From assembly GCA_964016885.1 (NCBI GenBank), contig OZ024741.1, positions 274,598,001 through 274,662,000 of the forward strand: 64,000 nucleotides of DNA. Reading direction: 5' to 3'. The stretch is from Eledone cirrhosa. Lineage: Eukaryota. Numbering within the stretch: the first letter of the stretch is position 1; every line of letters begins with the position of its first letter. Positions 13,297 to 26,344 of this stretch are shown one piece after another. The notes beneath the pieces were generated by a model that was not told where the DNA came from, did not search any database, and worked only from the letters and a program-made list of their open reading frames with translations. The position numbers and the translations under genes are program-made.

Positions 13297-13298
<2 letters not shown>
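12944..13298 (-). mobile_element. Fold-back element whose tail ends in the tRNA-like sequence
   Basis: Arms ~13061-13132 / ~13228-13297 with an internal duplicated hairpin; left tail ~115 nt; TA-rich flanks. Confidence 0.65.
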
Positions 13299-13363
<65 letters not shown>

Positions 13364-13723
13364 TGCGCGCATGTGTGTGTGGAAAGAGAGTGACAGAGAA
13401 AGAGATGAGTAGGTATACGAAACCATAACTACACTCTCAAACACACACATAGACACATACACATCTACACAGATATATAAACACAAAAACTGATCCATAC
13501 CAATCAGTGACGTCATCAGCCAATAATTACATGTAAATTGATCTTTATTGGAAATCGATAAATATTGATATTTGATTATCTTTAGTGAAATTGATATAGA
13601 AAGGTCAATATTGGAGTTTTTTTTTACATTGGCGATACTCATAAAAATACTAACACATGCACACACCACACTCATACATAGACACACAAACACACATGTA
13701 CACACACAGACTCATACACACAT

Positions 13724-13793
<70 letters not shown>

Positions 13794-13916
13794 GTGTTCG
13801 TGTATATATGTGTACGTAAATGTACGTATATGTATGTACATATATATATATACTTATGTACATACATACACATACACACACACGTGAGCACATTTATGTA
13901 TATATATATGTGTGTC

Positions 13917-13976
<60 letters not shown>

Positions 13977-14196
13977 GTAAAGATCTAGTATAACATATAG
14001 TGTTATTTGAACTACATTAGTAAAACACTATCTGATATAGAACTCTTACAAAATATAGAGTGAAATAGTTTTATGACAGTTTCTTATGAGTTTTACTAAC
14101 ACACCAGACTTGGTTGACAGCGTACCGAACCTGCTCGGATCTGGAACTTATATACCTAATGTGATACATGATGATATAAAATATTACTATGGACCT

Positions 14197-14258
<62 letters not shown>

Positions 14259-14262
<4 letters not shown>

Positions 14263-14446
14263 GAACAAAAGATGGTTAAAAGAGTTCCATGTATTTTATT
14301 ATGCGCATTTCAAAAACAAATATAATCATGCAATAATATTTGTGTTTTTATCAGATAAAACAGGAAGACATGATATGAAGGTTAAAAAAACACTTGTGGA
14401 TAGTGCAGTTTTAAATCAACATTGTACTACAATAAAACTCACCTCC

Positions 14447-14450
<4 letters not shown>
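14259..14450. mobile_element. Family F7 copy: inverted arm with HHR (14294-14360 minus, CTGATAA core) plus short sense tail
   Basis: Homologous to 14511-14818; its last 30 nt match the tail end at 53411-53440. Confidence 0.75.
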
Positions 14451-14510
<60 letters not shown>

Positions 14511-14517
<7 letters not shown>

Positions 14518-14811
14518 AGATCAAAAGATGGTTAAAGGAGTTCCATATATTTTATTATGCGCATTTCAAAAACAAACATCATCAAGCAATAATATTTGTG
14601 TTTTCATCAGATAAAACAGGAGAACATGATATGAAGGCTAAAAAACACTTGTTGATAGTGCAGTTTTAAATCAACACAAGTGTTTTTTTAACCTTCATAT
14701 CATGTCTTCCTGTTTTATCTGATGAAAACACAAATATTATTGCATGATGATGTTTGTTTTTGAAATGCGCATAATAAAATACATGGAACTCCTTTAACCA
14801 TCCTTTGATCT

Positions 14812-14818
<7 letters not shown>
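14511..14818. mobile_element. Family F7 palindrome with two intact HHRs (14550-14616 minus, 14713-14779 plus)
   Basis: TTTTAT-CTGATGA-helix II-GAAA-TGCGCA-TA-ATAAAA in both arms; (TA)n on both sides. Confidence 0.85.
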
Positions 14819-14863
<45 letters not shown>

Positions 14864-14926
14864 ATATATATAATTATTATTATATATATACATAATTATT
14901 ATTATTACATATATATATATATAATA

Positions 14927-15005
<79 letters not shown>

Positions 15006-15145
15006 TACAAATTAAAAGTTTAAGCAATACATTACTGGTTTCACCCTAAGCGGGTACTTCTGAATCTCTTTGTGTTTATTATTACGATCTATATATATAT
15101 ATATTAGCAAGTAAGTTAATTTTATAATTTTCTTATCTTACGTCT

Positions 15146-15247
<102 letters not shown>

Positions 15248-15653
15248 GTGTGTGTGCGCATGTGTGTTTATGTATATGCGTGTCTGTCCCTGTCTGTACG
15301 GGTTCATGATATGTTGGCCTGTTTGTGTGTGGTATGTATACATGTATGTCTGTCTCTGTGTCTGTGTTATCTGCTCATGTTTATGTGTGTCTCTGTGTCT
15401 GTCTGTATGTGTGTGTGTGTGTGGTATGTATTCATGTATACGTATATATGTCTGCGTGTATGTGGTAGATATTCGTGTATATGTGTGTGCATGTGTGGTA
15501 TGTGTGAGGCTTAGTTTGGTGGTGGTGGTGTGGAGGAGTGTGAAATGAAGTGCAACACTCCGGGTGGCACAAACTCTAGCTTCACCATTGAAAATATTGA
15601 TAACTATGGAAAACTGAATACAAAGTAAAATTAATGACATTTCATATAATATA

Positions 15654-15654
<1 letters not shown>

Positions 15655-15733
<79 letters not shown>

Positions 15734-16096
15734 CATATATGTATATATAGTCATATATATATATATATGTATACATATACATACATATATATATATAGAT
15801 ACACATACATACATATATATACACATACATACATATATAGATACACATACATATATATATAGATACACATACATATATACATAGATACACATACATATAT
15901 ATATATATAGATACACACACATACACATATATAGAGACACATACATATATATATATAGATCCACATACATACATATATAGATACACATACATATATATAG
16001 ATACACATACATATATATATAGATACACATACATACATATATAGATACACATACATATATATATATATAGATACACATACATATATATATATAGAT

Positions 16097-16131
<35 letters not shown>

Positions 16132-16472
16132 GATACACACATACATATATAGATACACATTCATATATATATATAATATATAGATACACATACATATATA
16201 TATATATATAGATACACATACATATATATATATAGATACACATACATATATATATAGATACACATACATACATATATAGATACACATACATATATATATA
16301 TATAGATAGATACACATACATTATATATATAAAGATACACATACATATATATATATATATATATAGATACACACATACATATATAGATACACATTCATAT
16401 ATATATTATAGAATACACATACATATATATATATATATAGATACACATACATTTATATATAGATACACATAC

Positions 16473-16511
<39 letters not shown>

Positions 16512-16533
16512 TACAACATACATCATTATAGAT

Positions 16534-16572
<39 letters not shown>

Positions 16573-16605
16573 TAGATAGATACACATACATACATATATA
16601 GATAC
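15655..16605. repeat. (TA)n/GATACACATACA compound minisatellite
   Basis: Repeated TAGATACACATACA(TA)n units; continues after the insertion at 17211-17420. Confidence 0.9.
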
Positions 16606-16608
16606 ACA

Positions 16609-17209
16609 TGGTGGCTGCCAACTCGTTTTCGAGTACGGCCACTACTTTATATCCATGTAGGAGAACCCCTACCGATGCGCTGAACGAGTGTGACTTTTTA
16701 GTCCAGCCAGCGACTTGAAAACTCTGGTACAAACACTACACTTGTGACAATTATTGACACATAGTGCTGGGCCCATGGTACCATGTGACGATAAGTGCAG
16801 AGAGATCTCCAGATATAAAGCAATGCTGTGCCGTGAAGCTTTTATAGTGAGCAAAGGCACTGCACAAAGCCAGTCCCACTCTCTTAACCAAGATGATATT
16901 TACCAAGAGAAGAACAAGTCAACATCATTGGATACCATCATAGGGTTGTTATATCTCCTTCTCCTAGAATTCTGCCTTGACAAAGGCTAAGGGGTCATCT
17001 CTCCCGGTGATTTTGGAATGGCCATTGACTCTTAAGAGCTTCTTTGCCTTTTACAGGTTTTGTTTTTAGTCCTGCAGGATGTCCAATAGTCACCCTCCTC
17101 ACCAAGAAACATTGGTGGGGTTGCCAGTTTAGTCGCCAACGACCCGACCATGGACATGTCTGGATGTACAGGGATACATGTTACCAGTAGCACCAAGTGG
17201 TGACCTGAC
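16609..17209 (-). mobile_element. Non-autonomous bipartite RTE derivative (~600 bp)
   Basis: Reverse-complement copy of 35789-36396; encodes the C-terminal C2H2 motif CSVCTRVFKSLAGLKSHTRSAH and a CTCGAAAACGAG 3' hairpin. Confidence 0.8.
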
Positions 17210-17619
17210 ATACATATATATATAGATACACATGCATATATATATATAGATACACATAATTTATATATATAGACACACATACATATATATATATAGATAC
17301 ACATACATATATATATTGATACACATACATATATATATTATACACATACATATATATATATAGACACACACATACATATATATATAGATACACACACACT
17401 ATATATAGACACACATACATACATCACTTTACTTGGAAATGTCGAGAGTTCTGAATATATTTTTTTCTCTCTACAGGTGGTTAGATCCATTGATGCGGCA
17501 TATGTTGACGAATAACTTACACATATTTATATCTATCTATCTATGAATCTATCTATCTATGAATCTACCTATCTATCCATCTATCTATATATCTATCTAT
17601 TATCTATCTAATCTCTCTC

Positions 17620-17683
<64 letters not shown>

Positions 17684-17700
17684 ATTATTATATATATATT

Positions 17701-17890
17701 GGCGGTAGATTGGCAGTATCGGTAGAGGGTCGGACGCCATGCTTTCCAGCATAGTTACGTCCCTTTACGATCTGAGTTCAAATCCCGCCGAGGTTGACTT
17801 TGCCTTTCATCCTTACGGGGTCGATAAAATAAAGTACCAGTAATGCACTGGGTAATTGCTGGCCTTGTGCCTAAAGTAGAAACAATTATT
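17701..17890 (+). mobile_element. Full-length OR-like tRNA-derived SINE
   Basis: A-box TGGCAGTATCGG, B-box GAGTTCAAATCC, conserved core, (ATT)n tail. Confidence 0.9.
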
Positions 17891-18154
17891 ATATATATAT
17901 TATATATATATACATATAGGGGGGGGGGGAGAAAGATAGATCGTATAGGTTAGATACATATACATATACATACATTTCTACATATATGTATATATATATA
18001 TATAGGGGAGGGTCATATTTGTATAATATTCCCAGAATTATATATATTATATATATATTGCCATATATATTATATATATATTGCCATATATATTATATAT
18101 ATATTGCCATATATATATATATCTGTATCTGGCAAATAAAGAAATATATCTATC

Positions 18155-18185
<31 letters not shown>

Positions 18186-18255
18186 GTATCTATATATCTA
18201 TCTATATATATATATAAATGAAAGGTATAGAAAATATTGTAGCAAAAAGCCAATA

Positions 18256-18289
<34 letters not shown>

Positions 18290-18892
18290 CACACATCTGT
18301 GTGTATATATATATATATATATATATTTACACACAGATGTGTGTAAATATAAATTCCATCCTTCTATCTATCTTAATGAACACATATATATCAAATATAC
18401 ACATCAAAAGAATAAGTATATTATTCCTATGACAGGTCTGCAGGATACTGCAATGAGACCACAGCGGGCCGCCTCTATCAATGAAAGGTAATATACTCAA
18501 TAATAATTGTTCTTGAAATATGAGTATTACATATTACACCCCACCGTACATCATCCACTGAAATCAACATATGTGTCTCAATGTGATCACTTGACCTGCT
18601 GGAAATAGTACCCATATCACGCCCCTCCAAATTACACACAGTAACGTCATTAGAACGGTAGGACACGTTCAGAAAGTGAAAGAAAAGAAATCTAAATACT
18701 GTCGCCACTCGTCATCGAGTTAAATTTGGTAGTATGTGCTATGTTAACTTTAAGCATTCGTACAGTCACAAATCAGATACAGTCGACGTATACGTATTTT
18801 TAAACAATATTTTAAATTTTGACTGATAAAATGACAAGTCAGTCAATCATATTGGTGGCCTCCCCACAGCCCCGGCGAACAGAATGGACAGA

Positions 18893-19216
18893 GGACGACA
18901 AGGGAGACGGGCTGGAAAAGCCATTCCAGCTCGCGAGTCTCACACCTGCGGCTGGCCAGCTCAGCGCCTATGGTGGTGAGTAGGGAAGGAGCACTAGGAC
19001 CGAGGACAGCAGAAGTCTCCACTGTCAAGGGTACAATCGCAAACCTGTCGGAGAGCGACCGGTATTTGAAAAGTTTGGCCTCCTCAGCCCACGTACAGCA
19101 GAACCTGAATTAGTCGCAGACTGCACCAAGTTGCGGCTGGAGAAAGTGTCGGTGCAAGTGGCACCCAAGACGAGGGGTTTGCCACCGCGGAACGGGAAGA
19201 TGGTCATGCCATCTTG
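18893..19216 (-). pseudogene. CRE-like non-LTR retrotransposon C-terminal (restriction-like endonuclease) fragment
   Basis: Frameshifted DGMTIFPFRGGKPLV.GATCTDT...VETSAVLGPSA...RELEWLFQPVSL resembles the CRE-clade RPDG..PW..GK.L.WD.T..DT..VET.G..G..QRIS pattern. Confidence 0.7.
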
Positions 19217-19523
19217 GTTCAGTGAAACGACTAAGATGAAAGACCTTGGAGGAGTGAGGACTGCACCAGTACTTATACGATACGTTCTTTATCGACTCCC
19301 GAAAAAATGAAAGGAAAATTATTCTACGGTGGGATTTCAACACAGAGCTCATATAACCTGTACAAATATCCGACACTATAGAGACTCTGCCAAATCGACC
19401 GCCTAATAATGTAATGCAGGATATATATATGTTATGTTTAGAAACAAAATGTAATGGTCACATCTGAGGAACATTTCATTTTAAATCTCTTTGACCAAGA
19501 CTGACTTGAAATTAAATGACATC

Positions 19524-19850
19524 TTCTTCTTCACCCATTTATTCCTGGGTGGGGTGTTGAGGCAGTATTCTCAAACGGGTCCTGTCAGAAGCAATCGTCT
19601 CCAACTGATCCGGCATGATCTTCAGTTGAAACCAACCGAACTCATGGATGTTATCCCACCATCTTGCTCGAGGTTCACCCCCGGGTCTCCTACCGATTGG
19701 TTTTTGCCCGTGAAATCTGTCAAGCGATTCTTTCCTGAGACATTCTAACCATATGTCCGTAGTATCGGAACCGTGATCTCCCAATTATGAGAAGTAGCGA
19801 CTCTACCTGAAGCGACTCTCCGATCACCGAGCTACGCAATCTCTCTGAAC
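19524..19850 (-). mobile_element. RTE-clade LINE 3' fragment
   Basis: GRRPGGEPRARWWDNIHEFGW..PDQLETIASDR; short (GAA) tail; same family as 62465-62990. Confidence 0.75.
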
Positions 19851-20198
19851 TTCTTTCGATCTGTAGGCACATACATAGATTCCTCCTCCCAAACTTTCAA
19901 GAACACTTTCCTCGTGTTGTAAATATTAACAGACGTCACCACCAGTCACATGATCAGCGGATTTTGGAAATTGTTATCATGTATTTACTGTATATTCACT
20001 GATAAATACAGTTGGCCAGATAATGATGGTTGTAAATAATGTAAACGGGAGTATAGCCTAGTTTTGATGACAATATATGTGTGTGTGTGTGTGTGTATGT
20101 GTGTGTGCGTATGGTGTGTGAGAGTGTGAGACTGAGTGCGTGCGTATGTATGCTTGTGTATATATATATACATATATGTGTGTGTTTAAATCTTTCTA

Positions 20199-20268
<70 letters not shown>

Positions 20269-20338
20269 TATATATGTAATGTATATATATATATATATTT
20301 ATATCTATATATATATATATGATTATGTATAGATATAT

Positions 20339-20477
<139 letters not shown>

Positions 20478-20534
20478 TGGAGATGGAGGGAGAGAGGAGA
20501 CTGAGGGGGAACTGTAAATGATATTCAAACAAAC

Positions 20535-21838
20535 ATTCAACCAACCAAGCAACCAACCAACCAGCCAACCAATCAACCAACCAGCCAACCAACCATTCAA
20601 CCAGCCAACCAACCAACCAACCAACCTACCAGCCAACCAATCAACCAACCATCCAGACAACCAACCAGCTAACCAACCAATCAATCAACCAACCAGCCAA
20701 CCAACCAATCAACCAACCAACCAGCCAACCAACCAACCAATCAACCAACCAACCACCCAACCAGCCAACCAAACAACCAGCCAACCAACCAATCAACCAA
20801 CCAACCAGCCAACCAACCAGCCAACCAATCAATCAGCTAACCAACCAACCAGCCAACCAACCAACCAGCCAACCAACCAATCAACCAACCAACCAGCCAA
20901 CCAACCAGCCAACCAACCAATCAGCTAACCAACCAACCAGCCAACCAACCAATCAACCAACCAACCAGCCAACCAACCAGCCAACCAATCAATCAGCTAA
21001 CCAACCAACCAGCCAACCAACCAACCAGCCAACCAACCAATCAGCCAACCAACCAGCCAACCAACCAATCAGCTAACCAACCAACCAGCCAACCAACCAA
21101 TCAACCAACCAACCAGCCAACCAACCACCCAACCAGCCAACCAAACAACCAGCCAACCAACCAATCAACCAACCAACCAGCCAACCAACCAGCCAACCAA
21201 TCAATCAGCCAACCAACCAATCAGCTAACCAACCAACCAGCCAACCAACCAATCAACCAACCAACCAGCCAACCAACCAACCAACCAATCAGCTAACCAA
21301 CCAACCAGCCAACCAACCAACCAGCCAACCAATCAATCAACCAACAAATCAACTAACTAAACAACCAACCAGCCAACCAACCAACCAGGCAACCAATCAA
21401 TCATCCAACCATCCAGCCAACCAACCAAGCAACCAACCAACCAGCCAACCAATCAACCAACCAACCAGCCAACGAACCAACCAGCCAATCAACTAACCAA
21501 CCATCAAACCAACCAGCCAACCAACCAATCAACCAACCAACTAGCCAACCAACCAACCAGCCAATCAGCCAACCATCCAACCAACCAACCAGCCAACCAG
21601 CCAACGAATCAACCAACGAGCCAACCAACCAGCCAAGCAACCAACCAGCCAAGCAACGAACCAACAAACCAGCCATCCAACCAACCAACCAACCAGCCAA
21701 CCAGCCAACGAATCAACCAACGAGCCAACCAGCCAGCCAAGCAACCAACCAGCCAAGCAACGAACCAACAAACCAGCCAGCCAGCCAACCAACCAACCAC
21801 CCAAACGACCAACCAACCACCCAACCAAACAACCAACC
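20535..21838. repeat. (AACC)n tetranucleotide satellite
   Basis: AACC/AGCC/AATC units. Confidence 0.95.
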
Positions 21839-22063
21839 TTATTACACACAAAGTGTTACACTAGATTCTGACGCAGGATTACGTTGTGTGTATAAAGTGC
21901 ATCAAGTGTTTCAAAGCTCCACCACTTAATACAACTATAATTTTAAAAGACCCAGTCATGTCATACACAATGTCAACCTGGTTTTTACCTTAGGAATACG
22001 TTAAAGGTACATGTGTCTGCCGAACACTCACTTTCTTACACACATACAAGCACACACACACAC

Positions 22064-22143
<80 letters not shown>

Positions 22144-22147
22144 TACG

Positions 22148-22178
<31 letters not shown>

Positions 22179-22386
22179 GTGTATGTGTGTATATGTATAT
22201 ATATATATACACATACACATATACATACATATATATGAATATATATATATATATATGTATATATACATGTATACATATATATGTATACATATATATATAT
22301 ATATATGCATATATACATATATATACATACACATATGCATATATATTTGTATATATATATACATATATATATATATGTGTATATAC

Positions 22387-22435
<49 letters not shown>

Positions 22436-22442
22436 TGTAGTA

Positions 22443-22493
<51 letters not shown>

Positions 22494-22500
22494 TGTAGTA

Positions 22501-22555
<55 letters not shown>

Positions 22556-23021
22556 GGTCGGTTGACTGAACAAGTGGGACACTCATTTATTCAAGACGCG
22601 GAGAATTACAATTCATGTGAGGGCTCAGAGATGTAGACGGTGTCATGTCAAGATGGTTATTATGTGTATGTATGTGTGTATGTGTGTATGTGTGTGAGTT
22701 TGTATGTGTGTGAGTTTGTATGTGAGTGTCTATGTGTGTGTTTCTTCTCTGGGGAACGGACCACACGTGGTGGAGAACTCCAGAGTAACAAGTTACTGGA
22801 TCCTTCAAGGTTGTCTTAATGATGTAGGCTTTCCTTAAATGACGCTTGCGATCCAATTTCGATTCCGGGAAAAGTTATATTCAACTAATATATTTTACAC
22901 TCTCACTCCTGTAGTACTCAATACATTAGTAGAGTGTAAAAATCAAATTCAATATAGAAATGGCTTCTGCAGGACTAGAACTATAGAACTGTAGAAACCA
23001 TTTCTATATTTACACACACGC

Positions 23022-23087
<66 letters not shown>

Positions 23088-23089
<2 letters not shown>

Positions 23090-23237
23090 ATAATAAATTT
23101 GAAGACTAAAATCCAAAGAGGGCTCGATAAGGATAAATATATATCAAATATAGAAGAACCGTAGAGCAAATATTTATTAAAATAACAGATTAAAGTTTAA
23201 GCAAAGAATCTTTGCTTAAACTTTAATCTGTTATTTT

Positions 23238-23241
<4 letters not shown>
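23088..23241 (-). mobile_element. Family F12 fold-back copy (short arms)
   Basis: Perfect 33-bp arms centred on 23208, plus ~87 nt left tail. Confidence 0.8.
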
Positions 23242-23307
<66 letters not shown>

Positions 23308-23312
<5 letters not shown>

Positions 23313-24148
23313 AATAAAATGCGGGTTGAGCACTCGACTTATCTGAAGACCCTTTGAATGCAGAGTCGAGTTCGATCTGTAACAGATCTTGCCTCGAGCT
23401 GATCGACTGAGAAACATATGTAATATGTTAATAAATTGTGGTTTTATGCATTACTGATTCCTCGTTCTTTAAAAGATATATATATATCCAGGGAGTGTAA
23501 CTTGGAGTTACTGTAGGTTCACCCGGGTGAGCACTCGATGTTTAGGTTCACTTCAGTGTCGAGGTGTAGAGCTAGACAGAGTGTGTTATAGTGAAATAAA
23601 ATAACAAGGACCATTGGTTACTCCTTCATTACATTTACTGGTTGATGACGCGCGTTTCGTCACTGATCGGCTCAAGGTTCGATCTGTATCGATATAGCCC
23701 GACTCTGTAATCCGCGGTTCGTCAGACCCCTTACAATGGTAATGGAAAAGCTTGAGCCGATCAGTGACGAAACGCGCGTCATCAACCAGTAAATGTAATG
23801 AAAGAGTAACCAATGGTCCTTGTTATTTTATTTCACTATAATACACTCTGTCTAGCTCTACACCTCGACACTGAAGTGAACCTAAACATCGAGTGCTCAC
23901 CCGGGTGAACCTACAGTAACTCCAAGTTACACTCCCTGGATATATATATATATTTTAAAGAACGAGGAATCAGTAATGCATAAAACCACAATTTATTAAC
24001 ATATTACATATGTTTCTCAGTCGATCAGCTAGAGGCAGGATCTGTTACAGATCGAACTCGACTCTGCATCCAAAGGGTCTTCAGATAAGTCGAGTGCTCA
24101 ACCGGCATACCGCCTACGGACGCATTTACCTGCAACCATACAACAACT
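23308..24148. mobile_element. Composite ~790-bp palindrome F13 with four HHR copies
   Basis: Arms 23320-23676 / 23751-24108, each with an internal (TA)n; HHRs at 23339-23426 (+), 23644-23728 (-), 24001-24088 (-), and a 3' half at ~23751-23785 (+). Confidence 0.85.
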
Positions 24149-24160
24149 ATATATATATAT

Positions 24161-24271
<111 letters not shown>

Positions 24272-24272
24272 T

Positions 24273-24491
24273 ATAATAATAGATTTGAAGACTAAAATCC
24301 AAAGAGGGCTCGATAAGGATAAATATATATCAAATATAGAAGAACCGTAGAGCAAATATTTATTAAAATAACAGATTAAAGTTTAAGCAAAGAATCGCTG
24401 CTTTCATCCTTAACGGGATCTTCTGAAAGAGTTTCAGAAGATCCCGTTAAGGGTGAAAGCAGCGATTCTTTGCTTAAAATTTAATCTGTTA

Positions 24492-24499
<8 letters not shown>
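24273..24499 (-). mobile_element. Family F12 fold-back copy (long arms, HHR-like CAGAAGA core)
   Basis: Arms 24361-24428 / 24432-24499; tail nearly identical to 23088-23174. Confidence 0.8.
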
Positions 24500-24541
<42 letters not shown>

Positions 24542-25017
24542 TGCAGTGCTTTCTTCATTTCTTCTTTAAGTTTAACAGCTTCTTTGATACTAGATCTGTA
24601 AATATTAGATTGGGAAGGTGTCTCAATGTCAATCTCTTCTTAAGATAACTGCTGACAAACATTTTGCTTTGCTGGTTGATAAGTTTGAAGATGTTACTAA
24701 TTTGGTTTTGATAAATTTCCTTCGTTTTCTTAGAAATTGTTCTCCAGAATTTTCAGACTCTTTATATTCACTCTCTGATTGGGTCTCTGATTCGGAAGTT
24801 GAAGTTGTTGTTGTTGTTACTGTTGTTGTAGTTTGCTCCAAGGTCACTTTTCTTCTTTTAGATGAATGAATAGCTTTGGAACTCTCAGTCGTCCGAGTTG
24901 TATATCCAACATGTCCTTTGCTTTCGACCTGAAGATGATATCACCGTCTGTCTTCACTAGACAGCCATTCACTATGCACGTCATAAATTTTCAGAAAATT
25001 CTAGATGGCACCCAAAA

Positions 25018-25057
25018 GTTCTAGAAGATTCCAGAACATCCTAGAAGTCTCTAGAAA
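25018..25057. promoter_or_regulatory. Heat-shock-element-like array
   Basis: TTCtaGAAgaTTCcaGAAcaTCCtaGAAgtCTCtaGAA: eight alternating nGAAn/nTTCn pentamers, six perfect. Confidence 0.55.
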
Positions 25058-25267
25058 GGCATAGTACAACTATACTTAGATACAATTTTAGAAATTTCGT
25101 GTTGGGGGTGACATTTTTTTAAAATAAACAAAATTAAACCTTTTTTCATTATTCTGTAACAAACGTTCATCTAATTATGATACAGGAAATCTATTATGTT
25201 ACAAAACTTCAAAATAGTCATAACCCTAATATATATAGAAGTAGTTCCACAACAGTTAGTTCACCAT

Positions 25268-25310
25268 ACCAAGAACAACTGTTTCACCTTATTTGGATCC
25301 TCAGATCGGT
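25268..25310 (-). ncRNA. Hammerhead-like motif
   Basis: Minus strand ACCGAT-CTGAGGA-tCCaaataaGGt-GAAA-CAGTTG-TT-CTTGGT; inside short inverted arms TAGTTCCACAACAGTT / AACTGTTGTGGAACTA. Confidence 0.6.
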
Positions 25311-25416
25311 CTAAAAAAAAAAAAAAAAAAGAACTGTTGTGGAACTATGTCTACTAAACTCGTCCCATGGACTGAGTGCTCTACTACTACAGTTATAACC
25401 CACCAGCGTTCTACTA

Positions 25417-25458
<42 letters not shown>

Positions 25459-25693
25459 GGGGAGAGAGAGAGAGTGAGAGAGAGAGAGAGTTAAAACATC
25501 GAGTTAGAATTATGATATAAGTTGGAATACATAAATCCGCAACTTCGGGACACTATAAATGCCTGCCATGAAACATTCCTAGAAAGCAGAGACTGGGTTC
25601 TAAAAAGAGACCCTATGTAAACTTAATGTTACCATTTCATTCTACATATATATTGATGTATTATCAAAACTAGAACAAAGCTTAAAAGAGGAA

Positions 25694-26125
25694 ATAATGG
25701 TTTCTACGTTAGGCACAAAGCCAGCAATTACCCAGTGCATTACTGGTACTTTATTTTATCGACCCCGTAAGGATGAAAGGCAAAGTCACCTCGAGAGGAA
25801 ATGATTGTTTCTACTTTAGGCACAAGGCCAGCAATTACCCAGTACATTACTGGTACTTTATTTTATCGACCCCGTAAGGATGAAAGGCAAAGTTAACCTC
25901 GGCGGGATTTGAACTCAGACTGTAAAGGGACGTAACTATGCTAGAAAGCATGGCGTCCAACCCTCTACCGACACTGCCAAATCACCGCCCTCGAGAGGAA
26001 ATAATGGTTTCTGATTTAGGTACACGGTCAACAATTTAAATCAACCCCAGTGCATTACTGCTACTTTATTATATCGACCCCGGAAAGATGAAAAGCAAAA
26101 CTAACCTCGGTGGCATTTGAACTTA
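25694..26125 (-). mobile_element. Three tandem OR-like SINEs (middle copy full-length, 25803-25988)
   Basis: SINE core three times; CCTCGAGAGGAAAT direct repeat (25789-25802, 25989-26002) flanks the middle copy. Confidence 0.85.
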
Positions 26126-26344
26126 ACTATATATCCCAATATTAATGGGATGGAACGCGGGACAGTCTGATTGCGAAGCTAACACCGTAACCATTCCCCC
26201 AAGCTGCACCCACAGTAACAGAGGTATATTAAGATTGGGTTACTTGTGACTCTGTCTTTGTACCTCTCCAATCTTTTATAAAATGACTTTATAGGGATAT
26301 GGACCTAGTTGTGTGTGTTTGTGTGTGTGTGTGTGTGCGTGTGA

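Noticed and set aside
14028-14080. Hammerhead-like CTGATATAGA-ACTCT..AGAGT-GAAA
   Set aside because: Core spacing is wrong and helices I and III are poor; at best a decayed copy
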